A DNA stretch of 64,000 bases, from assembly GCA_021683455.1 (NCBI GenBank), contig GCA_021683455.1_3051.1; one strand, written 5' to 3'. Source of the DNA: a phage. The notes under the pieces were generated by a model that was given only the letters and a program-made list of their open reading frames with translations, did no database searches and was not told where the DNA came from. Position numbers and translations under genes: made by a program. Below are positions 10,606 to 20,174 of this stretch, piece by piece (the stretch's first letter is position 1; every line of letters begins with the position of its first letter).

Positions 10606-10623
10606 GGGGACCGAAAGGTCCCC
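10606..10623. terminator. Bidirectional terminator hairpin GGGGACC-GAAA-GGTCCCC
   Basis: 7-bp GC stem with GAAA loop followed by T-run, between converging gene 54 and minus-strand genes. Confidence 0.6.
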
Positions 10624-10629
10624 ATATTT

Positions 10630-10920
10630 TTATTTACGGAATGAAATAAAAGCAGCAACTGAAGAAACAGAGGTTTCTTCAATATAAACCTCAATTTTTA
10701 CCGGAGCTTCTGACTCAAATTTACCTGTTACTACACCTTGGAAAATACTTTCAGTCTGTTCTGGCTTTGAAAAATTTTCAGAAGGAAAAATTCCAAACTT
10801 TTTATCGGTTCCGAAAATTTTAATAAATTCATCATAAACTGCTTCATTGAAAGCGTTATCAGCGGGAATAACGCCCTCAACGACGAGTTCTTGACCTAAA
10901 AAGCGCAAAGAAGATTTCAT
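10630..10920 (-). CDS. Hypothetical protein (96 aa; alt.-3 position)
   Basis: ORF with SD GAGGAA; lies downstream of the early promoter at 10952-10981. Confidence 0.6.
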   Translation of the reverse strand: MKSSLRFLGQELVVEGVIPADNAFNEAVYDEFIKIFGTDKKFGIFPSENFSKPEQTESIFQGVVTGKFESEAPVKIEVYIEETSVSSVAAFISFRK

Positions 10921-10951
10921 TTTGTGTTCCTCATGTTATGTCAGTAAAACT

Positions 10952-10981
10952 ACTATAACACAATACGAGGGACTTGTAAAC
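10952..10981 (-). promoter_or_regulatory. Early sigma70-type promoter (GTTTAC-N18-TATAGT)
   Basis: Minus-strand GTTTAC 18 nt upstream of TATAGT; same architecture recurs 12 times in the window. Confidence 0.6.
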
Positions 10982-13038
10982 TACATTTTGAACTTTTTAG
11001 ACATTCCGTTGATGTTAACCAAAGAAGCTAAGATTTGAGAAACTTCGCTTTCCTCTTCTTTTGATTCTTCTACAAGGAATTGATTAAATCTAGCCATTGG
11101 ACGAACTTCTCCGGTTTCCATCAAATGGTCACCATCATATACCGATTCCTCTAATTGTTCAGAAGGAGGAACAATCGTGCCTTCAATTAGATACTTATTA
11201 TAAGCGGTTTCTTTCATCATGTACGTACTTACTTTATTAATCTTCAGTAAAATTCCACGTGGTAGAATAACTTCAGCTTCTGATGGAAATCCTGATAAAT
11301 GACCTGGAACGATAACTTTGATTCGCTCAGCTCCTTTAATTACCATACCCACGCTAGTTTCAGCATCTTCATTAGCATATGTAGAATGACTACCCATATG
11401 CATCAAATCTTCTGCATCAACAGAACCTTCTCCTTCGCCAGAAAATACTGCGCCGGAATCATCTAGAGCCATATAGTTTTTACCATGCTCACCGAAGATA
11501 TTTGGTTTAAGCGATGTGGATACGAAGTTCTTGAAATAGAACATTTTATTTTCAATGTTATGACGCAAAGTTTTAAAGGTAACTTCTTGTCCACGGTAAA
11601 GTGTAGTTCCTGGAGGAAGAACTGAACCTTTAGCGAATGCAGAATCAAGCGTCTCAATATGTTTAATAGCTCGTTCCATATATTCTTCACGGGTAGAATC
11701 TGGTTTACCTAAAAGGAATGAGTTCATTTCAACATATGAATCTGCACAATAATCTTCAATTACATCAGATTCAGCCTGAGTTAATCCTTTTGGAGTTACT
11801 TCAGTACTTGCATATTCATATGCCTGAGCGGCAGATTCATCAATTAATTTATAAATTCCATTCATTACAAATTGAATAATAGCTGTCTTTTCATCTGGTG
11901 TAGCTTTAGAACCTTTAACTAAATCATTGATAATTTTCTTAATAACATCAAAACTATTAGAAATATTAATGTCAGCAAGATCGCTTAAAATTTTATCAGT
12001 TTTATAATCAAAGAATTCTTTATTCTTTAAATATTCTTGAGAACCTTGATATGTTATATCGCTCTGCAACTTGATAGATGGATCACGTAAACGTGCATGG
12101 GCTAATGCAATATGATTTCGGAAACTTTCTAGTTCATAATCGTTAGATTTAAAACGAGAAGCACTTCTCATACCACCGATAGCTCCTTTGCTAAAGTTTG
12201 AACCAATCTGGATAACCCCGGAGTTCATTGGTCCTTCTGCTTTATACACCGGAACTTTAGATTCAAACTCTTGATATTTCTTAGCAGCGAAGCTATCGCC
12301 TTGAAGCGAAGCATCGACAGTAGAATATTGAGCTTGTGCTGCTAATCGACGACTAATTTTAGTTTTCTGAATAACAGCTTGATCCGTACGCTTATCATTT
12401 TCTAAAGCAATAGAAGCAGCAACTGCGACAGCTTTAGGAACAGCATTACCTGTTTTAACATCTACATAAACATCACCGACCTTCGATTCAACTTTTGTGA
12501 ATAGCTCTGTTGAAATAGGAGGTACACCTGGAATGTCTTCTAAATTGGCATTTTTACGGTAAACCATAATATATGCATATTTCTTATCATAGTCCCAGAT
12601 TTCCTTTAAAAGAACATATCGACCTGCTCCTTTAGTACGTACTAAGCGGTCAGCAATAACTTGCATTTGACGAGCTGCGCCATTTGTTTTACTTTTTAGT
12701 ACGCGGAATAGGCATGCATCAATTTTATACTGTTTCATTGTTTGAAGAGCAGTATCAAAAACAGCATTAATGACGCCAATTGGATTTCCACCCAAGTTTT
12801 TAAGCTTAACTAACGATAATTTCTCGTTGACACCTATCATTACGATATGCATCATTTTGTCGCCTGGCTTAACGTTTTTATTCGTATCACCACCAGAGGT
12901 GTATGTACAAAATCTAAATCCAGGAAGCACGCTTTCTTCACCGGCTTGAATAGCAAAAATTTGAGGTATTTTATGCTTAGGATTTAAGTTAACAACCGGC
13001 GCCGAAGCGCCGTCAAATAATTCTGTAATAAGTTCCAT
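10981..13038 (-). CDS. Alt-family ADP-ribosyltransferase paralog (685 aa)
   Basis: N-terminus MELITELFD.. closely similar to neighbouring alt; C-terminal ART motifs YRGQ, FVSTSL, EAEVILPRG. Confidence 0.85.
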   Translation of the reverse strand: MELITELFDGASAPVVNLNPKHKIPQIFAIQAGEESVLPGFRFCTYTSGGDTNKNVKPGDKMMHIVMIGVNEKLSLVKLKNLGGNPIGVINAVFDTALQTMKQYKIDACLFRVLKSKTNGAARQMQVIADRLVRTKGAGRYVLLKEIWDYDKKYAYIMVYRKNANLEDIPGVPPISTELFTKVESKVGDVYVDVKTGNAVPKAVAVAASIALENDKRTDQAVIQKTKISRRLAAQAQYSTVDASLQGDSFAAKKYQEFESKVPVYKAEGPMNSGVIQIGSNFSKGAIGGMRSASRFKSNDYELESFRNHIALAHARLRDPSIKLQSDITYQGSQEYLKNKEFFDYKTDKILSDLADINISNSFDVIKKIINDLVKGSKATPDEKTAIIQFVMNGIYKLIDESAAQAYEYASTEVTPKGLTQAESDVIEDYCADSYVEMNSFLLGKPDSTREEYMERAIKHIETLDSAFAKGSVLPPGTTLYRGQEVTFKTLRHNIENKMFYFKNFVSTSLKPNIFGEHGKNYMALDDSGAVFSGEGEGSVDAEDLMHMGSHSTYANEDAETSVGMVIKGAERIKVIVPGHLSGFPSEAEVILPRGILLKINKVSTYMMKETAYNKYLIEGTIVPPSEQLEESVYDGDHLMETGEVRPMARFNQFLVEESKEEESEVSQILASLVNINGMSKKFKM

Positions 13039-13041
13039 GAT

Positions 13042-15135
13042 TTATCCTTGAACGAACTTGTAAGGCATGTTTGCAATATCTATGCAAGACGCAATAATTC
13101 CAAGAGATGATTCTACTTTTTGTTTAACATTTGATGAAACAAATGATGCAAAGTCAACTCTGTCTTCTATTTCAATATCACCTGTCATTGCAACTACTTC
13201 ACCAGTTTCCATTAGACGGTCTCCGTCATAGATTATCGATTCGGTGAGCTCTTCCGTGGTCATAACTTCAGCTTGAATGAGTTTTGTATTATTAGATGTT
13301 GTTCCGTCATTATTAGAAGCATCAGTTATTTTATTAACTTTGACCATCAATCCACGCGGTAGAATAACTTCAGCTTCTGTTGCTATTCCGAGACTTCCTG
13401 GATATACAACATTAACTTTATGAGCTCCATCAATTGCCCATCCTATTTGAACTTTAACGTATTCAGGATTTTCTTTATACGCTCTTATTTCGTTTGGATT
13501 AATAGTTATTCCTTCTTCATTTTTATCAACTGTTAATTCATTGCGAGCTTCTGGTTCTAAAAGACCAATACCAGCATGTGTGATTCCAAAACGTCCAAAA
13601 ATGATAGGAGTTAAAGAAGTAGATACAAAATTTCTGAAGTAGAACACTTTATTTTTAACTAACGCTTCATATATAGGAGCAGTCATACTTTGAGCACGAT
13701 AAACTGTAATGCCTTCTGGTATACGGTCACCATTTTCAAAAGCTGAATCTAAGTTATTTATAGCAGATTCAATTTCTTTTTCATTCATTACATCATATCG
13801 TTCTGGATTGTAACGACCTAAAAGAAGATTATTGATGTCAGTATATCCTGAACCGCAATATTCTCTAATGCCACGCTTTTGTGATGGAGTATATTTAGAA
13901 CCATCGCGTGCAATAGTAATATCAATCATTGGACCAGCACCAATTCCAGAAAAACTGTAAATCATTCGTTTGAGGAATTTAGTTTTTGCTGCGTTCCAGG
14001 AATTTTTAGTTATTTCTTCCCAGACTTCATCTGATTGTCCTTTACGATTTTTATTATGATTAGCAAGCCATTTATCTTTATAATCTTCAAAGAATTGATT
14101 TACAGCTGCTGCGTATTTCTCTAAACATTTTATTGAAGTAGTTGGTTCATTTTTAATTGCATTAAAAATTACTTCTTTAATTTTTTCTGAAACTTCACCG
14201 ACTTGACTCATTGGAAAGAATTTATAATCATAGTGAAGTTCATCTGCCGTTCCTTCAGCAATAATTTTTGCTGCCTTTGTTTTAGAAGCTAATGAATTAA
14301 TTCCAATTTTCATTTCTTCTGCTTCGGGAATTAAAGGTGCAGTAGCTGGTTTATTAAAATTGGCTGCTGTAGATTCATACTTCTGGAATAATTCACTTTC
14401 AAATCTAGAAGATTCCAATGACTGACTTTGTGCAATTGCTCTACGGGAAATTTTAACTTTAACGATTACAGCTTGGTCAGAACGTTTATCATTTTCTTGT
14501 GCAATAGATGCTGCAATTGCCTCATTTTTAGTTACTTGAGCTCCAGTATCTTTATTGATATAAACATCACCGACCTTCGATTCAACTTTAGTAAAGAGCT
14601 CTGTACTAATTTCCGGAACTCCTGGAATGTCTTCTAGTGATACATTTTTGCGATGTATAAGAATATATGCATACTTTTTATCGTAATCCCAGAGTTCCTT
14701 AAGAAGGACGTATCTGCCACCTGAACGACTACGGATAAGTCTATCAGCAATAAGTTGAATTTGTCGAGCTTGACCGGCGGTTTTAGACTTAAGAATACGA
14801 AGCATGCAGGCATCAATTTTATATTGACGCATTGTTTGCATTGCAACAGTAAAAACTGAATTGATATAATTAATCGGGCTTGGACCAAGACCTTTTAATT
14901 TAGCAATTGAACCTTTAGCAGTTAATGTAAAAGGAACAATATGCATCATTTTATCGCCCATCTTTAAATCGCGATTAGTATCACCTCCAGATGTATATGT
15001 ACATAAACGAAAGCCTGGCTGTTCAATTGCATCATCAACATGAACTGAAAAAATTTGCGGTATTTTCTTCTTTGGATTTAAGTTTGTAATCGGAAGAGTA
15101 GTATCTTCGTCAAATAATTCTGTAATAAGTTCCAT
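13042..15135 (-). CDS. alt: Alt ADP-ribosyltransferase (697 aa from second ATG)
   Basis: MELITELFDEDTTLPITNL..; ART motifs YRAQ, FVSTSL, EAEVILPRG; adjacent to ligase gene as in T4. Confidence 0.8.
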   Translation of the reverse strand: MELITELFDEDTTLPITNLNPKKKIPQIFSVHVDDAIEQPGFRLCTYTSGGDTNRDLKMGDKMMHIVPFTLTAKGSIAKLKGLGPSPINYINSVFTVAMQTMRQYKIDACMLRILKSKTAGQARQIQLIADRLIRSRSGGRYVLLKELWDYDKKYAYILIHRKNVSLEDIPGVPEISTELFTKVESKVGDVYINKDTGAQVTKNEAIAASIAQENDKRSDQAVIVKVKISRRAIAQSQSLESSRFESELFQKYESTAANFNKPATAPLIPEAEEMKIGINSLASKTKAAKIIAEGTADELHYDYKFFPMSQVGEVSEKIKEVIFNAIKNEPTTSIKCLEKYAAAVNQFFEDYKDKWLANHNKNRKGQSDEVWEEITKNSWNAAKTKFLKRMIYSFSGIGAGPMIDITIARDGSKYTPSQKRGIREYCGSGYTDINNLLLGRYNPERYDVMNEKEIESAINNLDSAFENGDRIPEGITVYRAQSMTAPIYEALVKNKVFYFRNFVSTSLTPIIFGRFGITHAGIGLLEPEARNELTVDKNEEGITINPNEIRAYKENPEYVKVQIGWAIDGAHKVNVVYPGSLGIATEAEVILPRGLMVKVNKITDASNNDGTTSNNTKLIQAEVMTTEELTESIIYDGDRLMETGEVVAMTGDIEIEDRVDFASFVSSNVKQKVESSLGIIASCIDIANMPYKFVQG

Positions 15136-15158
15136 CATATCCTCTCTAGTGTTTATTC

Positions 15159-15166
15159 TATTTATA
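15159..15166 (-). promoter_or_regulatory. Late promoter TATAAATA upstream of alt
   Basis: Minus-strand TATAAATA about 21 nt upstream of alt start, followed by SD GAGAGGA. Confidence 0.5.
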
Positions 15167-15171
15167 AAATT

Positions 15172-15189
15172 AAAGGCCCGAAGGCCTTT
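15172..15189. terminator. Terminator hairpin AAAGGCC-CGAA-GGCCTTT
   Basis: GC stem with CGAA loop flanked by A/T runs. Confidence 0.55.
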
Positions 15190-15376
15190 AATAATCTATT
15201 GGTAAGAGAGTACGATATATTTCAAACTTTGGACCTTTTTCATAAGCATCAAAAGTTTCTGTGAATTTATTATAAGCATATGCATCTATAAATTCGAGAA
15301 TGACTTGTGATACAGAAGTAGAAACATCTCCACCTTCTTTTTGAGCAATGACAATTGTTTCTAAGTAAGCTTTCAT
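15188..15376 (-). CDS. Hypothetical protein (62 aa)
   Basis: ORF with ATGA overlap to ligase stop. Confidence 0.5.
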   Translation of the reverse strand: MKAYLETIVIAQKEGGDVSTSVSQVILEFIDAYAYNKFTETFDAYEKGPKFEIYRTLLPIDY

Positions 15377-16836
15377 AGACCAGTTACCTCATGAAAATCA
15401 CCAAATACATCCTCGAATGTATTAGCTTTAGTTTTATCTTCACGTAAACGAATTGCAATTGGAAGAAATAGCTTAACGTAATCAGTACGTCCATCTAATT
15501 TTACCCAGCCGTTGCATTCGCACTCTAGAATTTTTCCAATATAATAATTTTGGTTTTCCATAATGCGAGTACGGTCAAGTTCATGCGATTTTACGCCGGC
15601 TTTATCTTTTAAGCCTGAACCAGCATTTACTTTAATTTTTCCACACTCTGATTCAAGAATGAAACCACCTGCTTTAGTAGGGTCTTTACGGTGAGGATAA
15701 ATTCCTACAATTTTTAAATCAACATCAATTACTTCTTTAAATTTATAAAGATTTTTTGAACGAGCATTTTCCCATAATCCATCGATATTTTTGAGAATAA
15801 TACCTTCAAGACCTTGGTCAATATACTTTTTGTAAATTACCTTAGCTTCATCTAGGTTATTTACTATCTGGTTTTCAATTAAAATTACTTTATCATAGCC
15901 TGATGTCATTTGTTCTAGTTTAGAAAAACGTACATCATATTTTAAACGAAACGCCGGAAGACCGTATATTTCTACCAACGGAACATAATCCCAGACCTGA
16001 AACTTCATGCATTGAGCTTCTTTTTCTGAAATAGTTCCCTTTAAAGATTTATTAGCGATTCCATTAGAAGTAGTACGTGATTCAGCTACTTCGGCGAATT
16101 CTTTAGCTTTACTAATTTCAGGATAAGCATCAAAAAGAAAATCTAGGCCTTCTGGCTCCTTTTCAACTTGCTCATGGTATACCAATTCGCCATCAATTAA
16201 CACACCTTCTGGATGAATCTGGCGAGCTTCTGCAGTCATTTTGATTAACTCTTCCTTGAGAAGATCTAATCCTAGATATTCATTACCAGCTCGTGATAAA
16301 AGACGAACATCATCTAATTCATCACCTCTGACTTCAGCAAAGCACCGAGCTCCATCAGCTTTTAATTGGGCAAAGGCTGGAAATTTGATATTCTTATTAA
16401 TGCCTTTTTCATCATAAGAACTTGCCAGCATTTGAGGTTGTTCAGGAATTAAACCTGGCCAAACTTTGTTTGCAATAGATACTGATGCACCGCATTCAAG
16501 GTCTCGCATCATCACCCGACGCAAAACTTCAACATCATCTTTTTTACCGTCAGTAATATATCCAGTTAATTCCTCAATTGCCGCATTTCCAGTCAATTTC
16601 CGAGTAGCTAATGTGAATTCAATGAAGTCAAGCATATCGGTAAGAGTCAACATTCCAAAACTCTGGGTAGCAATACCAGGTTTAGGCCATTTCTTGATAT
16701 AATACTGTAACCCACGAGAATAAGTCAGACGATATACTCGTTTGAGCAATTCATTATCTTTATTCTTTTCAAGAATTGCTTGCTTTTGCTTAGTTGAACC
16801 AATAGATGCTATTTCATTCAGAATTTTAAGAATCAT
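15373..16836 (-). CDS. 30: ATP-dependent DNA ligase gp30
   Basis: 487-aa ORF MILKILNEIASIGSTKQKQAILEKNKDNELLKRVY..; T4 DNA ligase. Confidence 0.95.
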   Translation of the reverse strand: MILKILNEIASIGSTKQKQAILEKNKDNELLKRVYRLTYSRGLQYYIKKWPKPGIATQSFGMLTLTDMLDFIEFTLATRKLTGNAAIEELTGYITDGKKDDVEVLRRVMMRDLECGASVSIANKVWPGLIPEQPQMLASSYDEKGINKNIKFPAFAQLKADGARCFAEVRGDELDDVRLLSRAGNEYLGLDLLKEELIKMTAEARQIHPEGVLIDGELVYHEQVEKEPEGLDFLFDAYPEISKAKEFAEVAESRTTSNGIANKSLKGTISEKEAQCMKFQVWDYVPLVEIYGLPAFRLKYDVRFSKLEQMTSGYDKVILIENQIVNNLDEAKVIYKKYIDQGLEGIILKNIDGLWENARSKNLYKFKEVIDVDLKIVGIYPHRKDPTKAGGFILESECGKIKVNAGSGLKDKAGVKSHELDRTRIMENQNYYIGKILECECNGWVKLDGRTDYVKLFLPIAIRLREDKTKANTFEDVFGDFHEVTGL

Positions 16837-17102
16837 TGTTCATCCTTTAGAGTTTGGTTTACAGCTCTATTATAAATCAATTCATCATTAAGCTCAGTCA
16901 AAGACCTGTGGTACGTGGTTCTAACTTTATTTCCTTGCATCCAGTGCTTGACGTAAATGAAACCTTGCTCTACACATTTTTTAAAAATTCGTTCGTCTTT
17001 TTGAGCTCGGAATTCTGGATTGCATCTAAAAAATTGATTTACGTGACCGTAATCACGTGTAGTATTACCTTCATTTTCATAAATAGTATGAACAACAAAC
17101 AT
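16833..17102 (-). CDS. Hypothetical protein (89 aa; 30.1 position)
   Basis: ORF overlapping ligase start by 4 nt. Confidence 0.6.
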   Translation of the reverse strand: MFVVHTIYENEGNTTRDYGHVNQFFRCNPEFRAQKDERIFKKCVEQGFIYVKHWMQGNKVRTTYHRSLTELNDELIYNRAVNQTLKDEQ

Positions 17103-17944
17103 TAGAATGCTCCTTGTAAAATATTATCACCACTAGTAGGTCTATTATACAAATACTCTATGCCACCAGGTTTAATATAGTTCCATGTATGAAATGGATG
17201 CACATGATATGGATGTGTATAATATGGATGGTATGGATTTAATCCAGGAGTTCTCCAGGTAGTATTCCAACGAAAAGAATCGTTTTTAATCATCTTTTCA
17301 ATTACATCTTTTATAGCTTTTTCACTATCAAAACTTTCTTTATTTTCATTCGATGGAAAAAGCTTATTCTCTACATCATTCCATGTATAAACTCGCTGTG
17401 CAGTTTTTGGAATACTGTCACGCTCCCCTCGAGCCATCCAATAAACAGGAACATTTAATATTTCACTCGCGTGATCGCAGTGGTGAGCGAGATCGTCAAT
17501 ATAACAAATTACGTTATATTTCTCTTTTGCCTTTTTGAACAACTCTTCTTTTGAAGAATCATGACCACACATCAATACTTCTGAGAAGGCACCAGGAAAA
17601 AGAGCATTCAAATTAAATTGACGATTCAGCAGAGCGTCAATAGAATCACCCAATGCTGTAACAGCTACAAAATTATAATCTTCTTTTAATTTGTTAATTA
17701 CACACAGGGCATCTTTATATGGAGACAAGTAACGAATAAAATCTGAACGATTGTATTTTTCAATTAACTTGACGCCAAGTTCTTCATCGCAATTAAAGAG
17801 CTTACCAGGAGAAATAAATTTTTCGTCCTGAATCATTTTTAAAATATGTTCTAATGGAAGATTATATTTTTGGGCAAAATAAGGAAGACCTGATTGCCAG
17901 CTTAAACATACACCATCAATATCAGTCAAAATAGTAGGCTTCAT
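17102..17944 (-). CDS. HAD-superfamily-like hydrolase (280 aa; 30.2 position) with His/Tyr/Pro-rich tail
   Basis: N-terminal motif ILTDIDGV, later YIDDLAHH; C-terminal HPYHPYYTHPYHVHPFH. Confidence 0.6.
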   Translation of the reverse strand: MKPTILTDIDGVCLSWQSGLPYFAQKYNLPLEHILKMIQDEKFISPGKLFNCDEELGVKLIEKYNRSDFIRYLSPYKDALCVINKLKEDYNFVAVTALGDSIDALLNRQFNLNALFPGAFSEVLMCGHDSSKEELFKKAKEKYNVICYIDDLAHHCDHASEILNVPVYWMARGERDSIPKTAQRVYTWNDVENKLFPSNENKESFDSEKAIKDVIEKMIKNDSFRWNTTWRTPGLNPYHPYYTHPYHVHPFHTWNYIKPGGIEYLYNRPTSGDNILQGAF

Positions 17945-18405
17945 AGAGAGTCTCTTAATAGGTTTAACACATCAATAAATTCAGCTTCGGTTAGTATTGT
18001 ATCATCTTTTGTTAGACCGCTGGCCATGCTGTGCTTCAAAACTTTTCCTTTCGAGGCTTGTAATGCATCACGAAACCCTTTATTTTGGATCGCGGCTTCA
18101 AAATATGCATTTGTGTATAATTCTTTCCACGCTGGAGAGTATCTTGAAAACGGAACTCCGAGCCAGAAGAGGGTCCCACGGTCCTGAGCTCTAGCATAAG
18201 ACCTTCCAGCTTGTTGGGCGGCAAGCCCGGATAACCCAAATACACGACGTTGCTGTTCAACATTTTTCACCTTACATCCTTGGAGAAATCCTTCAAGACC
18301 TCCGAATTGAATACCATCCATGACAAAAGGCCATTGGGCGAAATTACTTAATGCACATGATGGCCATTTAAAATTGCTTCTAATCTCTAACTCAGACATT
18401 TTCAA
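17941..18405 (-). CDS. NADAR-like domain protein (154 aa; 30.3 position)
   Basis: LSNFAQWPFVMDGIQFGGLEGFLQGCK resembles the YbiA/NADAR core FSNFAAWP..DG....EHYFQAQK. Confidence 0.55.
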   Translation of the reverse strand: MKMSELEIRSNFKWPSCALSNFAQWPFVMDGIQFGGLEGFLQGCKVKNVEQQRRVFGLSGLAAQQAGRSYARAQDRGTLFWLGVPFSRYSPAWKELYTNAYFEAAIQNKGFRDALQASKGKVLKHSMASGLTKDDTILTEAEFIDVLNLLRDSL

Positions 18406-18598
18406 TACTTATAATTTCAACATCAGCCCAATGACCATAGCAAGGAAGACGAAACTCAACTGGCCAGTCACTACCCTTTTCTAGTATAATAGACTTGACT
18501 TGTGGTTCTTCATGCTCGTCAGTATATGGATTTTTATCTGTTACTTTATATGTGACCTTAATGTACTGAATTCCAAAAATCTTATTAATTATATTCAT
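18392..18598 (-). CDS. Hypothetical protein (68 aa)
   Basis: Collinear minus-strand ORF in 30.x block. Confidence 0.5.
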   Translation of the reverse strand: MNIINKIFGIQYIKVTYKVTDKNPYTDEHEEPQVKSIILEKGSDWPVEFRLPCYGHWADVEIISIENV

Positions 18599-18792
18599 AC
18601 TAATTCCTTTAATCCGTAAATAGGAGATAATTCATCACCCATACGAAGGTCTTCATTTCCATCTACCCAGGAAACAATATAAGCCTCTTTTATTTGAATA
18701 CCACTCCATTTAAATGGAGGTAGAACCTTAGAAATTAATCCAGGTATACCAACTCCCTTTAATTCAACAGTTTGACCTAAAAAGAATTTCAT
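18595..18792 (-). CDS. Hypothetical protein (65 aa)
   Basis: Collinear ORF, start/stop overlap with neighbours. Confidence 0.5.
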   Translation of the reverse strand: MKFFLGQTVELKGVGIPGLISKVLPPFKWSGIQIKEAYIVSWVDGNEDLRMGDELSPIYGLKELV

Positions 18793-19130
18793 TAGAACCT
18801 CATCTGAAAACCATGTGATTTAACATTACCGCCGCCAATATCAGAAATGTTAATTTCACGCGCAATTGAAGGGTCAATGTCAATTTCACCATTAAGTTTA
18901 GCGATAGCTAAAGTATCACGCCCATTTACTGTACGGAATTCTAAAGGACAAACCACATCAACATAATTTTTAATCGATTCACTAGTAGGTTGCAAATGAG
19001 CAGGAAGGTCTTTAGGCGCCTTAGAGAAAACCACTTCACAAAAATTTTTGCGGGTGTCAAAATAAGTAGTCATAAACATAATATTTTCCTCAGTAAGGGG
19101 CTGAAGCCCCTCATTTATTTTAAATATCAA
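18792..19130 (-). CDS. Hypothetical protein (112 aa)
   Basis: Collinear ORF in 30.x block. Confidence 0.55.
   Translation of the reverse strand: MIFKINEGLQPLTEENIMFMTTYFDTRKNFCEVVFSKAPKDLPAHLQPTSESIKNYVDVVCPLEFRTVNGRDTLAIAKLNGEIDIDPSIAREINISDIGGGNVKSHGFQMRF
19097..19110. terminator. Stem-loop GGGGC-UGAA-GCCCC (inside the 3-prime end of the 19120-19485 ORF)
   Basis: 5-bp GC stem with tetraloop. Confidence 0.35.
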
Positions 19131-19485
19131 ATTCGTTAAGAACTACATCAAAGATTGCTTCAAGATGCTCAGGTTTAGCTCTATTACTCAGAATATGACG
19201 AATCCAAGTTTTAACCAGAAGCTTACGATTAACGCCATTCCAGCAAGGATGAGTCCCTAAATCACGTTGACGAAAATCATCATCTAAAGCGATTTTAAAA
19301 TTTGAACCTTCCATTGTGATTGAAACCGTGATGCCATTTTCAAATCGCATATAAACGTAGTTAGGAGTCATATACTGTTCAATTTCGCATACTGAACCAT
19401 TTTGATGTTTCCAAAGGCAAATAGTATCAATAGAACCTGCAATACCATTAGAAACATATTTACGTTCAAAGTTGATGTAGTTCAT
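19120..19485 (-). CDS. Hypothetical protein (121 aa)
   Basis: ORF downstream of early promoter 19523-19551. Confidence 0.55.
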   Translation of the reverse strand: MNYINFERKYVSNGIAGSIDTICLWKHQNGSVCEIEQYMTPNYVYMRFENGITVSITMEGSNFKIALDDDFRQRDLGTHPCWNGVNRKLLVKTWIRHILSNRAKPEHLEAIFDVVLNEFDI

Positions 19486-19522
19486 TTTTATTCTCCGAGA
19501 TGTTTAATTGCGGTACAGGTAT

Positions 19523-19551
19523 ATAATATCATATCCTGTACCAAAGTAAAC
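19523..19551 (-). promoter_or_regulatory. Early promoter (GTTTAC-N17-TATTAT)
   Basis: Same module as the other early promoters. Confidence 0.55.
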
Positions 19552-19553
19552 AA

Positions 19554-19886
19554 TTATTTTACTACTTTCCAGTACTTCATGTCAAGTTTACCAACTTTTT
19601 TCATCTTCTCAATTAAGCGTTCGGCACGTTGGCGAGCTGTAACATAATACCATTCACCTAATTCATTTTGTTCAATTTTTCCAACGATTACTGTATTCAA
19701 TTCATAAATCCAACCAGTAAAGAAATTATGAACTTGAATTGTAAAGGTGAAATCTGTTCCCATACCTTCTGTTGTTTCTACTTCAATAATATCACCTTCA
19801 ACTGCCATTAAGAACCACATAGTTTCATCATATTTACCATTGAAGCATTTAGTTTTAACTGCAGCGTTCAGATTAATCGTTTTCAT
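19554..19886 (-). CDS. Hypothetical protein (110 aa)
   Basis: Collinear ORF. Confidence 0.55.
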   Translation of the reverse strand: MKTINLNAAVKTKCFNGKYDETMWFLMAVEGDIIEVETTEGMGTDFTFTIQVHNFFTGWIYELNTVIVGKIEQNELGEWYYVTARQRAERLIEKMKKVGKLDMKYWKVVK

Positions 19887-19904
19887 TTTATTCTCCTTTG
19901 TTTG

Positions 19905-19944
19905 TGTAAGATAATACTATCACAAAGGAACCATTACTGTAAAC
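19905..19944 (-). promoter_or_regulatory. Early promoter-like element (GTTTAC .. TAGTAT)
   Basis: GTTTAC and -10-like hexamer upstream of the 19886 start; spacer slightly longer than the others. Confidence 0.4.
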
Positions 19945-19974
19945 AACTTTATGCAATCTTTGGAAAATAAAAAA

Positions 19975-19992
19975 GGACTCCCGAAGGAGTCC
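19975..19992. terminator. Terminator hairpin GGACTCC-CGAA-GGAGTCC
   Basis: 7-bp stem, CGAA loop, flanked by A-run and T-run. Confidence 0.55.
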
Positions 19993-19997
19993 TCAAC

Positions 19998-20174
19998 TTA
20001 TGCTTTCTGCTTACCAAAACGAGAAGCATCATCTCGAAGAACCGCACGTGCTCGGCGCATGATCTTCTCAACAGTTTGATTGATACGAGAGTTCGACCCA
20101 CGCTTGTAGCCAGCGCGTTTAGAATCACCAACTTTCTTTTCAACTGCTTTCTTTGCTTTAGCTTGTTTTGCCAT
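19998..20174 (-). CDS. Small basic protein (58 aa; 30.9 position)
   Basis: Track ORF extends to 20216, but the internal ATG at 20174 (MAKQAKAKK..) has an SD-like AAGAG upstream. Confidence 0.5.
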   Translation of the reverse strand: MAKQAKAKKAVEKKVGDSKRAGYKRGSNSRINQTVEKIMRRARAVLRDDASRFGKQKA

